Positions 1 through 9,904 of a stretch of DNA of 47,010 nt are shown here, in pieces (the first letter of the stretch is position 1; each line of letters begins with the position of its first letter). Below the pieces are notes generated by a model, which saw only the letters and a list, made by a program, of their open reading frames with translations, was not told where the DNA came from and did not search any database. Source of the stretch: Actinomycetes bacterium. GTDB taxonomy: Bacteria > Actinomycetota > Actinomycetes > Actinomycetales > Cellulomonadaceae. The position numbers were made by a program, and so were the translations under genes. The DNA is taken from positions 1-47,010 of the forward strand of contig JAEWYD010000179.1 in the NCBI GenBank assembly GCA_023462275.1, read 5' to 3'.

Positions 1-805
1 CCGCCTGGGGCACGCGCGTCCAGTGCACGCCGACGCCGATCACCGCGCCCCGGCCGCGCAGCGCGTGCTCGAGCCGCGCCCGCGTGGCGCTGCCGCCGTC
101 GCGGACCAGGAGCACGGCGTCGTGCTCGCGCTCCAGGACGACGGCGTCGTCGCGGAACCGGAACTGCGCCTGCCGGGTCTGGTCGTGGGGGAGCAGCACC
201 GGCACGACGACGTCGACCGGGCGCCACCCGATCGCCTCGGCGGCCGCGCGGACGGCGCGCTCCGGTGCGCTCCCGCGCACCAGCGTCTCGGCGAGCAGCC
301 GACGACGCCGGTCGCGCTCGCCCGCCTGCTCGCGGAGCTGGAGCGTGTACCCCTCGGTGGTGGCGACGACGAGCTCGTCCACATAGGCGGTGACGGCGTC
401 GGCGAGGTCCACGACGTCGTCGGTGCTGGGCGGGCGGACGGTGGCGAGCGCGCCGGCCGCCTCGCGCAGCAGCACGCGCGCCGACGTCCGCAGCGCGGCG
501 AGCAGGGTCTCGGGGCCACGGTCCTCCCGGCCCTCGGCGGCGCCGAGGTCGACGAACGTCTCCCGCACGCCCGGCGAGAGCGCGGGCTCCGTGGTCCCGA
601 TCAGGGCCACGAACCGGTCGAGCGCGGTGCTGACCCCCCGGCGGATGTCGTCCGCGGTCCGCGGGTCGTCGACCTCCGCGTACACGGACGCCCCGACCTC
701 ACCGACCACGGCGTCGACGACCGCGGCCATCCGGGCGCGCAGCGCCCGGGCCAGGGGCTCGGGGAGGCGAGCCCAGGGCGCGGCGGGCGCGACGCCGTCG
801 GACAC
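1..805 (-). CDS. PucR/CdaR-family transcriptional regulator, N-terminal part (runs off window)
   Basis: Manual minus-strand translation from GTG at 805 (VSDGVAPAAPW...FVDLGAAEGREDRGPETLLAALR...YVDELVVATTEGY...AEAIGW) resembles actinobacterial PucR-type regulators. It is divergent from the catabolic operon; the HTH lies outside the window. Confidence 0.65.
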   Translation of the reverse strand, partial: MSDGVAPAAPWARLPEPLARALRARMAAVVDAVVGEVGASVYAEVDDPRTADDIRRGVSTALDRFVALIGTTEPALSPGVRETFVDLGAAEGREDRGPETLLAALRTSARVLLREAAGALATVRPPSTDDVVDLADAVTAYVDELVVATTEGYTLQLREQAGERDRRRRLLAETLVRGSAPERAVRAAAEAIGWRPVDVVVPVLLPHDQTRQAQFRFRDDAVVLEREHDAVLLVRDGGSATRARLEHALRGRGAVIGVGVHWTRVPQA

Positions 806-928
806 GGGCAGCAACTTAGCAGGGCGTGATAACCCGTGGCCGGCCGAATGCGGCGATTGGGACGTAGGAATGCGCCGATCGACCCGGGAGGATAGATGTG
901 GCCCGACTCGCCGCGCGAGGGAGCGCAG

Positions 929-3193
929 ATGGAACACGCCATGGCACGCCAGCACGTGGTCGACATGTGCCGGTCGCTGCTCGGTCGCGGCTTCCTCAAG
1001 GCGACCGAGGGCAACGTGTCCGTGCGGATCCCCGGGCGCCGGCTGTACGCCGTCACGCCGAGCAACTACGACTACGCCCGGATGCGCGCCGAGGACGTGT
1101 GCATCGTCGACTTCGACGGCCGGCACGTCACCGACGGCGCGACGCCGCTGCTCGCGCCCTCCATCGAGGCGGGCATGCACGCGAACGTCTACCGGGCCCG
1201 CCCCGACGTCAACGCGATCATCCACACGCACCAGCCGTACGCGTCCGCCCTGGCGTTCCTGCGCAAGGAGATCCCCGCGCTCACCGACGAGCAGGTGCGC
1301 TTCCTCGGCCGGCGCGTGCCGATCGTCGACTACGCGCCCGCCGGGACCGGCTTCCTCGCGAAGAACGTGGAGCGCGCGGTCGCCGGCGGCGGCAACGCCT
1401 TCATCATCGCCAACCACGGCGTCGTCGCCCTGGGCACCGACCCGGACCGGGCCGTCTTCGCGATGGCCCTGCTGGAGAAGGTGTCGATCGCCTACCTGCT
1501 GAGCCTGCTGACCGAGGCGGGCAAGGTCTCCACGATCCCCGCGTGGGTGCGCGAGATCGCGTTCGCCAAGCTGCGCAGCGACGAGAAGCGGATCGCCGCG
1601 CAGGTCACCGAGTCGCTCCCGCCCGCGCGGTCCGAGGCGGCGCAGGACCTGCCGAGCGCCGACGCCGTCGCCGCCCGCGTGGCCGGGGAGCCGGCGCCGC
1701 AGCCGGAGACCCGCGTCGTCGACGTGCCCGGCAGCGAGTCGGCCCGGCTCGGCTACGCGATCGGGGAGTACCCCGACGTCGACGACGTCATGCGGCGGCT
1801 GCGCGCGCTGCTCGCCCAGCCGGTGCGCGGGCTGCGGCACGACGCGCTCCTGGGGGTGCTGGACTGGTTCGACACCAAGTGCGCGGCCAGCCGCGAGATC
1901 ACCGACCGCGCCAAGGCCCGCATCCCGGGCGGGGTGCAGCACAACCTGGCGTTCAACTACCCGTTCCCGCTGGCCATCACCGGCGCGCACGGCGCGCACC
2001 TGACCGACCGCGACGGCAACACGTACATCGACTTCCTCCAGGCCGGCGGGCCGACCATCCTCGGCAGCAACTACGCCCCGGTGAACGAGCGCGTCGCCGA
2101 GGTGGTCGCCGAGTCCGGGCCCGTGACCGGGCTCTTCCACGAGTACGAGCTCAGGCTCGCCGAGGCGATCCACCGGTACATGCCCCACGTCGAGATGTAC
2201 CGGTCGCTCGGGTCCGGGACCGAGGCCGTCATGGCGGCGGTCCGCGCCGCGCGCGCCTTCACCGGCCGCTCCGTCGTCATGAAGGTCGGCGGGGCGTACC
2301 ACGGCTGGTCCGACACGATGGTCTACGGCCTGCGCGTGCCCGGCACGTACCGCATGAACGCCAAGGGCATCCCCTTCGGCGCCACCGGCCGCACCCGCGA
2401 GGTGTTCCCGCACGACCTCGGCGCGCTGCGGCGCAAGCTGGTGGAGAACCGGGCGCGCGGCGGGACCGCCGCCGTCGTCGTCGAGCCACTCGGCCCGGAG
2501 TCCGGGACGCGGCCCGTGCCGCACGACTACAACGCGCGCGTCCGCGAGCTCTGCGACGAGTTCGGCGCCCTGCTGGTCTTCGACGAGGTCGTCACCGGGT
2601 TCCGCGTCGGCATGGGCGGCGCGGCCGGGTACTTCGGCGTCACGCCCGACCTCACGGTCTTCGGCAAGGCGGTCGCCGGCGGCTACCCGATGGCCGGCGG
2701 CGTCGGCGGGCGGGCCGACGTCATGGCGGTCTTCGGGTCCGGGATCGACGGGAAGTCCGGCGCGCACATCCAGGTGGGCGGGACGCTGTCCGCGAACCCG
2801 CTGTCCTGCGCGGCGGGGTACTTCGCGATCGAGGAGATGGCGCGGACCAACGCGCCCGTGGTGGCCGGCCGCGCGGGCGACCGGCTGGCCGCGGGGCTGA
2901 AGCGGCTCGTCGCCCGGCACGGGCTGCCCTACGTCGTCTACAACACCGGGTCGATCGTCCACCTGGAGTCGAGCGGCGTCATGCTGCTCGACATGCACAG
3001 CCCGCTGAAGCTGCTGAAGGAGAAGGGCCCCCGCAAGGAGCTCATCGAGCAGATGGGCGCGGCCTACGCGGCCCACGGCATCATCACGCTCGCCGGCTCG
3101 CGCCTGTACACCTCGATGGCCGACACGGACGCCGTCATCGACGACGCCCTGGCCCGATTCGACGAGGTCTTCGCCCTGGTCGAGGGCGTCTAG
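929..3193 (+). CDS. Fusion of class II aldolase/adducin domain and class III PLP aminotransferase (GSA-aminomutase-like)
   Basis: N-terminal TEGNVS, PSIE, HTH and NHG metal-binding motifs. C-terminal SGTEA, FDEVVTGFR, FGKAVAGG (PLP Lys) and GGTLSANP. RBS GAGGGA precedes ATG 929. Confidence 0.85.
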   Translation: MEHAMARQHVVDMCRSLLGRGFLKATEGNVSVRIPGRRLYAVTPSNYDYARMRAEDVCIVDFDGRHVTDGATPLLAPSIEAGMHANVYRARPDVNAIIHTHQPYASALAFLRKEIPALTDEQVRFLGRRVPIVDYAPAGTGFLAKNVERAVAGGGNAFIIANHGVVALGTDPDRAVFAMALLEKVSIAYLLSLLTEAGKVSTIPAWVREIAFAKLRSDEKRIAAQVTESLPPARSEAAQDLPSADAVAARVAGEPAPQPETRVVDVPGSESARLGYAIGEYPDVDDVMRRLRALLAQPVRGLRHDALLGVLDWFDTKCAASREITDRAKARIPGGVQHNLAFNYPFPLAITGAHGAHLTDRDGNTYIDFLQAGGPTILGSNYAPVNERVAEVVAESGPVTGLFHEYELRLAEAIHRYMPHVEMYRSLGSGTEAVMAAVRAARAFTGRSVVMKVGGAYHGWSDTMVYGLRVPGTYRMNAKGIPFGATGRTREVFPHDLGALRRKLVENRARGGTAAVVVEPLGPESGTRPVPHDYNARVRELCDEFGALLVFDEVVTGFRVGMGGAAGYFGVTPDLTVFGKAVAGGYPMAGGVGGRADVMAVFGSGIDGKSGAHIQVGGTLSANPLSCAAGYFAIEEMARTNAPVVAGRAGDRLAAGLKRLVARHGLPYVVYNTGSIVHLESSGVMLLDMHSPLKLLKEKGPRKELIEQMGAAYAAHGIITLAGSRLYTSMADTDAVIDDALARFDEVFALVEGV

Positions 3194-4785
3194 TGCCGGG
3201 GGCGTCGCCGGCCGGCGACCGCTACGTCGTCGGTGTCGACCTCGGCACCGGCGGCCCGAAGGTCGCCCTCCTCACCGTCGGCGGCGCGCTCGTCGGCCAC
3301 GACAAGGGTCGGGTCCCGCTCCTCCTGCTGCCCGGCGGCGGCGCGGAGCAGGACCCGCAGGAGTGGTGGGACGCGATCGTGGGGTGCGTGCGCCGGCTGC
3401 TGGACCGGCACGACGTCGACGGCGCGGCCGTGGTCGCCCTGTGCATGAGCAGCCAGTGGGGCGGCGTCGTCCCGGTGGACGCAAAGGGTCGCCACCTGCA
3501 CAACGCGCTCATCTGGATGGACGCGCGCGGCGAGCCCTACGCGCGCGAGCTGACGTCCGGCGGTGTCACCGTGCCGGGCGCCGGCTACAACGCGCGGGCG
3601 CTGCGCGACTGGATCGCCAAGACCGGCGGGGTGCCGTCGCGGTCCGGCAAGGACCCGGTGGGCCAGGCGCAGTGGCTGCGCCACCACCGGCCCGAGGTGC
3701 ACGCGGCGGCCGCGTACCTGCTGGACGTGCCGGAGTACCTGACCATGCGCCTCACCGGCCGCGCGGTCGCGGGGTTCGACACCGCGGTGCTGCGCTGGTG
3801 CACGGACAACCGCGATCCCGACGACGTCCGCTGGGACCCCGCCCTCGCGCGGCGGTCCGGTTTCGACGTCGCCCAGCTGCCCGAGCTCGTGCCGCCCGCC
3901 ACGGTGGTGGGGACGCTCACCGCGGAGGCCGCGGCCGAGCTCGGGCTCCCGACGTCCGTCCAGGTGGTGGCCGGTACCGGCGACACCACGGCGGCTGCCG
4001 TCGGCTCCGGCGCGGTGGAGGACTACGCGGCGCACCTGTACATCGGCACCTCGGCGTGGCTCAGCTGCCACGTGCCGTACAAGCGCACGGACCTGCGCCG
4101 CAGCATCGCCTCGCTGCCCGCCGTCGTGCCGGGGCGCTACTGGGTGGCCACCGTGCAGGACGTCGCCGGCAAGGCCATCGACTGGCTGATCGAGAACGTC
4201 GTCTACCCCGACGACGCGATGGGCGACGGGGCGCCGCCGCCGGCCGACGCGCTCGAGCGCGTGAACGCGCTCGCCGTGACGTCCCCGCCGGGCGCGAACG
4301 GCGTCGTCTTCGCACCCTGGCTCAACGGGGAACGCACGCCCGTGGACGACCCCCAGGTGCGCGGCGGCTGGGTGGGCGTGTCGCTGGCGACGACGCGGGC
4401 CGACCTCGTGCGAGCGGTGTTCGAGGGCATCGCGCTCAACGCGCGGTGGATGAAGGAAGCCGTCGAGCACCTGGTCCGCAAGGAGCGGCCCGGCGGCTTC
4501 CCCGCCGTGACGTACGTGGGCGGCGGCGCGCAGTCGGAGCTGTGGTGCCAGACGCTGGCCGACGTCCTCGGCTGCACGGTGCGCCAGGCCGAGGAGCCGG
4601 TGCTGGCGAACGCGCGCGGGGCGGCGTTCCTCGCCGCCATCGGGGCCGGCGAGCTCGCCTGGTCCGACGTGCCGCAGCTGGTCCGCATCACGCGCGACTA
4701 CGAGCCGGACCCGACGGCGTCGGCGGTGTACGACCGCAGCTACCGGACGTTCACCGGGCTGTACCGGAAGGTCCGCACGCTGTGA
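3193..4785 (+). CDS. FGGY-family carbohydrate kinase (xylulokinase-like)
   Basis: GVDLGTGGPK, EQDPQEWW, GTGD, IGTS, PWLNGERTP and GGGAQS motifs. Start overlaps the upstream stop (TAGTG). Confidence 0.88.
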   Translation: MPGASPAGDRYVVGVDLGTGGPKVALLTVGGALVGHDKGRVPLLLLPGGGAEQDPQEWWDAIVGCVRRLLDRHDVDGAAVVALCMSSQWGGVVPVDAKGRHLHNALIWMDARGEPYARELTSGGVTVPGAGYNARALRDWIAKTGGVPSRSGKDPVGQAQWLRHHRPEVHAAAAYLLDVPEYLTMRLTGRAVAGFDTAVLRWCTDNRDPDDVRWDPALARRSGFDVAQLPELVPPATVVGTLTAEAAAELGLPTSVQVVAGTGDTTAAAVGSGAVEDYAAHLYIGTSAWLSCHVPYKRTDLRRSIASLPAVVPGRYWVATVQDVAGKAIDWLIENVVYPDDAMGDGAPPPADALERVNALAVTSPPGANGVVFAPWLNGERTPVDDPQVRGGWVGVSLATTRADLVRAVFEGIALNARWMKEAVEHLVRKERPGGFPAVTYVGGGAQSELWCQTLADVLGCTVRQAEEPVLANARGAAFLAAIGAGELAWSDVPQLVRITRDYEPDPTASAVYDRSYRTFTGLYRKVRTL

Positions 4786-6161
4786 CGGCGGCGGGGGGCG
4801 TGGCCAGGGGCGTCGACCGGTACCGCTGGGTGGTGCTCGGCGTCTTCATGCTGGTCAACCTGACGATCCAGGTGCTCTGGATCTCGTACGCGCCGGTCAC
4901 CGGGCCCGCCGCCGAGTACTACGGCGTCTCCGAGCTGCAGATCGGCCTGCTGGCGATGACGTTCATGATCGCCTTCATCCCGCTGTCGATCCCCGCGTCC
5001 TGGGCGATCGACACGTACGGGTTCCGGCCCGCGGTCGGGCTGGGCGTGGCGCTCATGGGGGTGTGCGGCCTGCTGCGCGGGTTCGCCGGGCACAGCTACG
5101 GGCTCGTGCTGGCCGCGACGATCGGCATCGCCGTCGCCCAGCCCTTCCTCCTGAACGCCTGGACGACCGTCCCCGCGAAGTGGTTCCCCGCCGACGGGCG
5201 CGCCACCGCCGTCGGGCTCGTCACGCTCGCGAACCTGGTCGGCACCGCGATCGGGATGGCCCTGACGCCGGCGCTCACCGAGACGCTCGAGATGCCGACC
5301 GTGCAGCTGATCTACGGCGCGGCAGCCGCCGCGAGCGCCATCCTCTTCCTCGCGCTCGCCCGCGAGGCGCCGACGACGGCGCCCGGCGACTCGGGTGCCG
5401 TGGACGGCAGGGGTGACTCGGGTGCCGTCGCCGTCGCGGACGGCGCGGTGGACGGCGTGCGGGCGCTCGCGCTCGAGGGGCTGCGGCACGCCCTGCGGGT
5501 CCGGCCGTTCCTCCTGATGCTCGCCATCGGGCTCATCGGCCTGGGGATCTTCAACGGCATCAGCACGTGGATCGAGAGCATCGTCCGGCCGCGGGGGTTC
5601 ACGCCCACCGACGCCGGCGCACTGGGGGCGGTGATGGTGGTCGGCGGCCTGGTGGGCGCCGTCGTCATCCCGCTCCTCTCGGACCGCCAGCACAGACGGC
5701 AGCGGTACCTGATGGTCGCGGTGGTCGGCGCGATCCCGGGACTGCTCGGCCTGACGTTCGCGACGCCGCCGGCGCTGCTGTTCGTCTCGGCCTTCGTGCT
5801 GGGGTTCTTCCTGGTCAGCGCCCTGCCCGTGGGGATGCAGTACGCGGCGGAGGTTACCTATCCAACCCCCGAGGCAACGTCCAACGGACTGATCCAGCTC
5901 TTCGGGCAGGGCGCAGTGGTGTTCGTCTACGTCATGGAGGCGATGAAGGGCAGCGACGGGTCGTTCACGCCGTCGCTGCTGCTGGCGGTGGGGCTGCTCG
6001 TGGTGGGCGCCGGGCTGGTGACGCGGATGCCGGACCCGCCGGCGCTCGACCGCCGGGCTCAGCCGACGCCGGTCGGCGGCGGCACCGCCGTGCCCGCCCG
6101 CGCTCGGCCCAGCACCTCGCGCGCGACGGCCTCCGGGGACGTGACGTCCCGCACGACGTAG
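4782..6161 (+). CDS. MFS transporter
   Basis: Many hydrophobic helices, YRWVVL start, SDRQHRRQ loop motif; GTGA overlap with the kinase stop. Confidence 0.85.
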   Translation: MTAAGGVARGVDRYRWVVLGVFMLVNLTIQVLWISYAPVTGPAAEYYGVSELQIGLLAMTFMIAFIPLSIPASWAIDTYGFRPAVGLGVALMGVCGLLRGFAGHSYGLVLAATIGIAVAQPFLLNAWTTVPAKWFPADGRATAVGLVTLANLVGTAIGMALTPALTETLEMPTVQLIYGAAAAASAILFLALAREAPTTAPGDSGAVDGRGDSGAVAVADGAVDGVRALALEGLRHALRVRPFLLMLAIGLIGLGIFNGISTWIESIVRPRGFTPTDAGALGAVMVVGGLVGAVVIPLLSDRQHRRQRYLMVAVVGAIPGLLGLTFATPPALLFVSAFVLGFFLVSALPVGMQYAAEVTYPTPEATSNGLIQLFGQGAVVFVYVMEAMKGSDGSFTPSLLLAVGLLVVGAGLVTRMPDPPALDRRAQPTPVGGGTAVPARARPSTSRATASGDVTSRTT

Positions 6162-6595
6162 CGCGCGTCGAGGGCCGCGTCGTCGAACTCGCGCCACATG
6201 TGCTCGGCGGCCGCGCGGTCGCCGAAGCCGTGCTCGAGGCGCGTCGCCACCCGCTCGAGGCAGACCGCCAGGGGCGGCAGCAGCACCACGTACGTCGTCC
6301 GCTCGACGCCGGAGTGCGCCAGGAAGGCGGGGAGGAACCACGGCCCGACGACGCCGTCGTAGACGACGTCGCAGTGCCGGGCGAAGTGCCCGGTCGCCGC
6401 GGCAGCCGCCTGCGTCACGGCGCGGTTCTGAGCGTCGGACTCCGGCAGCCACGGGGCGCGCGCCCCGCGCCGCAGGAACGCGAAGAAGTCGTCCCCCCGC
6501 ACGAGCGCGCTCACCGGCAGCTGGTCCGCCACGAGGGCGGCCACGGTCGACTTGCCCGCGCCGGGCGGCCCCGTCACCACGATGAGCTGGGTCAC
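6059..6595 (-). CDS. Small P-loop kinase (AAA_33/AAA_18-like)
   Basis: N-terminal IVVTGPPGAGKST Walker A; 178 aa; its 3' end overlaps the low-complexity MFS tail. Confidence 0.75.
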   Translation of the reverse strand: MTQLIVVTGPPGAGKSTVAALVADQLPVSALVRGDDFFAFLRRGARAPWLPESDAQNRAVTQAAAAATGHFARHCDVVYDGVVGPWFLPAFLAHSGVERTTYVVLLPPLAVCLERVATRLEHGFGDRAAAEHMWREFDDAALDARYVVRDVTSPEAVAREVLGRARAGTAVPPPTGVG

Positions 6596-6619
6596 GGGGC
6601 CATCCTGGCGCGGACGGGC

Positions 6620-8158
6620 TCAGGCCGTGGCCTCGTTGACGAGGTCGGCGAGCTGCGCCACGTCGGGGTCGCCGTCCAGCAGCCCCGGCAGCTTGTCGGC
6701 CTCGGCACGCAGGTCCGCCGCGCTGACGACCCGCGACCACGGACCGTCCACCAGCCGGTCCGCCAGCAGGGCGACCACGAGGTCCTGACGCAGCCGCGGT
6801 GACGCCTCCCGCAGGGACGTGGCGCACTCGGACCCGTCGAGGGTGCTCGTGCGCTCCACCGCCTCGCCGGCGTCGTCGAGGTAGCGGACCGTCGCCGTCA
6901 CGAACGGGCCGTCGGGCCGGCCGTCGCGCAGCGCGACCTCGTACAGGGCGGTGGTGGTGTGGCCGGCGAACACCTCGCCGCCGTCGACGGCGTCGTTGCG
7001 GAAGTCCTCGTCGGCGATGGCGCGGTTCTCGTACCCGATCAACCGGTAGCCCGACACCTGCGCGGGGTCGAACTCCACCTGCGCCCGCGCGTCGGTGGCC
7101 GCCACGACGAGGGAGCCGGTGAGGCCCGTCGCGAAGACCCGCTCGGCCTCGGCGTCGGTGTCGACGTAGACGTGCCAGCCGTCACCCTGGTCGGCGAGCT
7201 GCTCGAGGAGCTCGTCGTTGTACGTCTCGATGCCGACGCCGACGGAGATGAGGTTGATCCCGGACTTCGCCTCGGTGCTGATGCGCGACAGGATCGCCTC
7301 GGGGTCGATCTCGTCGACGTTCGCGACGCCGTCGCTGATCAGGACGACCCGGGTCATGCGGCCCTCGGTGCGCATCGACATCGCCATGTCGTAGCCGAGG
7401 GAGAGGCCGGCCGCGGCGTTCGTCGACTCCTGCGGCTCGAGCGCGTCGACCGCGTCGAGGATGCTCGCCCGCTCGGACACCCGGGTCGGCTCGAGGGCGA
7501 CCTCCGCGGTGGTGGAGTAGCAGATCATGCCCACCCGGTCGGTGGACCGCAGGGCCGAGACGAGCGTGTGCAGGGCGGCCTTCGTCGTGTCCATCTTCCC
7601 GTAGTCGCCCATCGAGCCGGAGCAGTCGACGACGAGGACGAGGTCGGCGTCGGGCCGGTCGGCGGCGGCCGGCGCCGCGCTGCTCACGCCCACGCGGACC
7701 AGCTGGTGCTCGGGCCGGAACGGCAGCGCCGTGGCGTCGATGCTCACGCCGAGGCCGCGCTCCGGCGCGTCGTAGTCCTGGGCGAAGTAGTTGACGAACT
7801 CCTCGGTCCGCACCTCGCCCGGGTCGATCCAGGTGCCGTTGGCGACGGAGTCGCGGAACCGGGTGTAGGAGCCGGTGTCGATGTCGAGCGCGAAGGTGGA
7901 GAGCGCGTCGTCGGCCGGGTCGGTCATGTCGGCCTCCCCGGTGGCGCCCCAGGTGTCCGGGTCCGGCGCGGGCATGTCGACGTCGCTCGGGCCCGGCTGG
8001 ATCTCGGCGGACTCTCCGCGGTCCTGGGCTCGCCCCGTGCCGCCTTCGGCCCGGTCGACGGACCCGTCGCCGGCGCTGCAGCCGGCCAGAGCGAGCGCGG
8101 TGACGAGGGCGGCTCCGACGAGTCCCGTCGTCCTGCTGCGGTTGCGGTTGGTCCTCAT
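6620..8158 (-). CDS. vWA-domain lipoprotein (YfbK/DUF3520-like)
   Basis: Lipobox LAGC, STFALDIDTGSY, VRTEEFVNYF, MIDAS DCSGSM, ISDG and YRLIGYENR...DGGE. Confidence 0.85.
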   Translation of the reverse strand: MRTNRNRSRTTGLVGAALVTALALAGCSAGDGSVDRAEGGTGRAQDRGESAEIQPGPSDVDMPAPDPDTWGATGEADMTDPADDALSTFALDIDTGSYTRFRDSVANGTWIDPGEVRTEEFVNYFAQDYDAPERGLGVSIDATALPFRPEHQLVRVGVSSAAPAAADRPDADLVLVVDCSGSMGDYGKMDTTKAALHTLVSALRSTDRVGMICYSTTAEVALEPTRVSERASILDAVDALEPQESTNAAAGLSLGYDMAMSMRTEGRMTRVVLISDGVANVDEIDPEAILSRISTEAKSGINLISVGVGIETYNDELLEQLADQGDGWHVYVDTDAEAERVFATGLTGSLVVAATDARAQVEFDPAQVSGYRLIGYENRAIADEDFRNDAVDGGEVFAGHTTTALYEVALRDGRPDGPFVTATVRYLDDAGEAVERTSTLDGSECATSLREASPRLRQDLVVALLADRLVDGPWSRVVSAADLRAEADKLPGLLDGDPDVAQLADLVNEATA

Positions 8159-8415
8159 CGTCTGCCCCACCTCGTCGTCGTGGCGTGATGGCGGCGACGC
8201 TAGGGGCGGGGGTGTGCGCGCGTGGGCGGAGTTGCCGGTCCGTGACCGAAGCGATGGCCTTCCGTTGCCCGGCGAGGCCATTGTGTCCTGGCTGTGACCT
8301 GGGCTTATGCATTCCGAGATGTGTCGGGTGGGGCCGTCCGCACCCACGGGAGGTCGTCGTGCGGCGCGCCATCAGGGCGGTTCGGCGCGTCGGCGGGGTC
8401 GGGTACGGTGCCCCG

Positions 8416-9018
8416 ATGACGGTCCTGCGGCCGGGCGCCCGCGTCCTCGCCATCCTCGGAATCTCGGTGCTCGGCGCCGCCGCCCTCGGTGGTTGCGCCG
8501 GCGAGGCGGACGCGGACGGCCCCGACGGCGGAGCCCCCGCGGAGCCGGCCGAGATCGCCCCGTGGGCCGAGCCCGCCGGGATCGCGCCGGAGCTGGTCTA
8601 CGTCACGGACGTCGACGGGTTCACCCTGGTGACGCAGGCGGTCGGGGTCATGGGCGACGACGGGTTCTCCGCCATGTACTCGCGCGACGGCGGGGACGCG
8701 GTCGCGACGGTCCTGCTCACGACGTCGCGTAGAGCCAACCCTGCGGTCCCGGTGTGCGCGGACCTGCCCGACGACGCGGAGCCGCAGGCCTCGGTGCGCT
8801 GCTCGGTGGACCGCGGGGGCGTGGCGGTGACCCTCGAGGGCACCGGGGTCGACCCGCTGACCCTGCGCGCCGCGGGCGAGGCGGTCCGGGTGCCGAGCGC
8901 GGGTGAGCTCGACCACCTCTTCGAGGAGGTGCAGGTGGCGGGGCCGCCGGTGGAGCGCGGGGACCTGCCCGCGGAGGGCGACGGCGCGCCGATCGACGAG
9001 CCGGGGGCCGGCGGCTGA
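8416..9018 (+). CDS. Putative lipoprotein
   Basis: Hydrophobic signal ending in LGGC; C-terminal ERGDLP..GDGAP motif. Confidence 0.65.
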   Translation: MTVLRPGARVLAILGISVLGAAALGGCAGEADADGPDGGAPAEPAEIAPWAEPAGIAPELVYVTDVDGFTLVTQAVGVMGDDGFSAMYSRDGGDAVATVLLTTSRRANPAVPVCADLPDDAEPQASVRCSVDRGGVAVTLEGTGVDPLTLRAAGEAVRVPSAGELDHLFEEVQVAGPPVERGDLPAEGDGAPIDEPGAGG

Positions 9019-9173
9019 TGCCCGGGCCGGCGTCGGACGTCACATGATCGTTCTCGGGTGCCCAGGGCCCTGGTGCGCGGTGGTGCCGCGGTTCTAGTGT
9101 CGTCGGCGTTGGGGGCTGCCGCGCCTCTCGCGGCATCGTGGTTGGCGCACCACTGGCACCCGCGGGGGGCCCG

Positions 9174-9758
9174 ATGTTCCGCCGGATCCTGCTCGTCGTC
9201 GCCGTCGTCGTTCTCGGTGCGACGGCCCTCCCTCTCTCCGCGACGGCGTACGACGCGCCGCCGTACGCCACGACCGTCAGCGACTCCACGCCAGCCGCGG
9301 GCGCGCCGTTCACGGTGACGGCGACCGGGATCGTGTGCGGGACGCACAACAAGCTCCTCACTGCTTGCCCGAACGCGACCCTGACCGTCACTTCGTCCTC
9401 GGCGTCGGTCGGGGACGGCGCGATCGCCATCGCCGGCACCAAGGCGCTCTCCAAGGCAGCTGTGTTCGGGACCGGCGGCTCGGCCGAGTTCGACGGGACG
9501 GTGACGTGGTCCGTGACCCTCGCCGAGCCGGGGACCTACACGCTGCGCGTCGTCCGCGACTGGACCGGGGAGCTCATGAGCGAGCTGACCGTCGTCGTCG
9601 GGGCGGGTGGTGGCGCCCAGGGGAGCGCCTCCGCCGGCCTCGGCGCGACTGGGTTCGAGGTGCCGGGCGTGATCGCGCTCGCCGCCGTCCTGGTGCTGGC
9701 CGGGGTGGCAGCGATGTGGCTGGCCCGGCGCCGGCTCCGCGGCGGCCCGGGCGCCTGA
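9174..9758 (+). CDS. Secreted, probably sortase-anchored surface protein
   Basis: Signal peptide (MFRRILLVVAVVV...ATA); C-terminal LGATG, hydrophobic helix and RRRLR tail. Confidence 0.65.
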   Translation: MFRRILLVVAVVVLGATALPLSATAYDAPPYATTVSDSTPAAGAPFTVTATGIVCGTHNKLLTACPNATLTVTSSSASVGDGAIAIAGTKALSKAAVFGTGGSAEFDGTVTWSVTLAEPGTYTLRVVRDWTGELMSELTVVVGAGGGAQGSASAGLGATGFEVPGVIALAAVLVLAGVAAMWLARRRLRGGPGA

Positions 9759-9849
9759 GGTCGTGCCTGGCCGGGACTCGCGCCGCGGTCGTGATCCCGT
9801 CCGACCGCCGGCCCGTTCCGTCGCGTGGCGGGGCCGGTGCCACGACGAA

Positions 9850-9883
9850 GGGCCAGGTCGAGAAGTGCTCTCTGACCTGGCCC
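9850..9883 (-). terminator. Hairpin; probable original tRNA-Gly downstream terminator, displaced by the island
   Basis: GGGCCAGGTC (9850-9859) pairs with GACCTGGCCC (9874-9883). It would lie about 5 nt after the tRNA CCA in the reconstructed empty site. Confidence 0.6.
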
Positions 9884-9887
9884 CCGT

Positions 9888-9904
9888 GTGGAAGCTGGTT
9901 CCGG
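9888..9904 (+). repeat. Left target-site duplication (GTGGA) plus left terminal inverted repeat
   Basis: GTGGA|AGCTGGTTCCGG read directly from the sequence. Confidence 0.85.

Noticed and set aside
5388..5428. Short duplication encoding GDSGAV twice in the MFS gene
   Set aside because: In-frame micro-duplication in the central loop with no sign of wider significance.
6059..6161. 103-bp convergent overlap of the MFS and kinase genes
   Set aside because: Both overlapping tails are low-complexity; most likely stop-codon drift.
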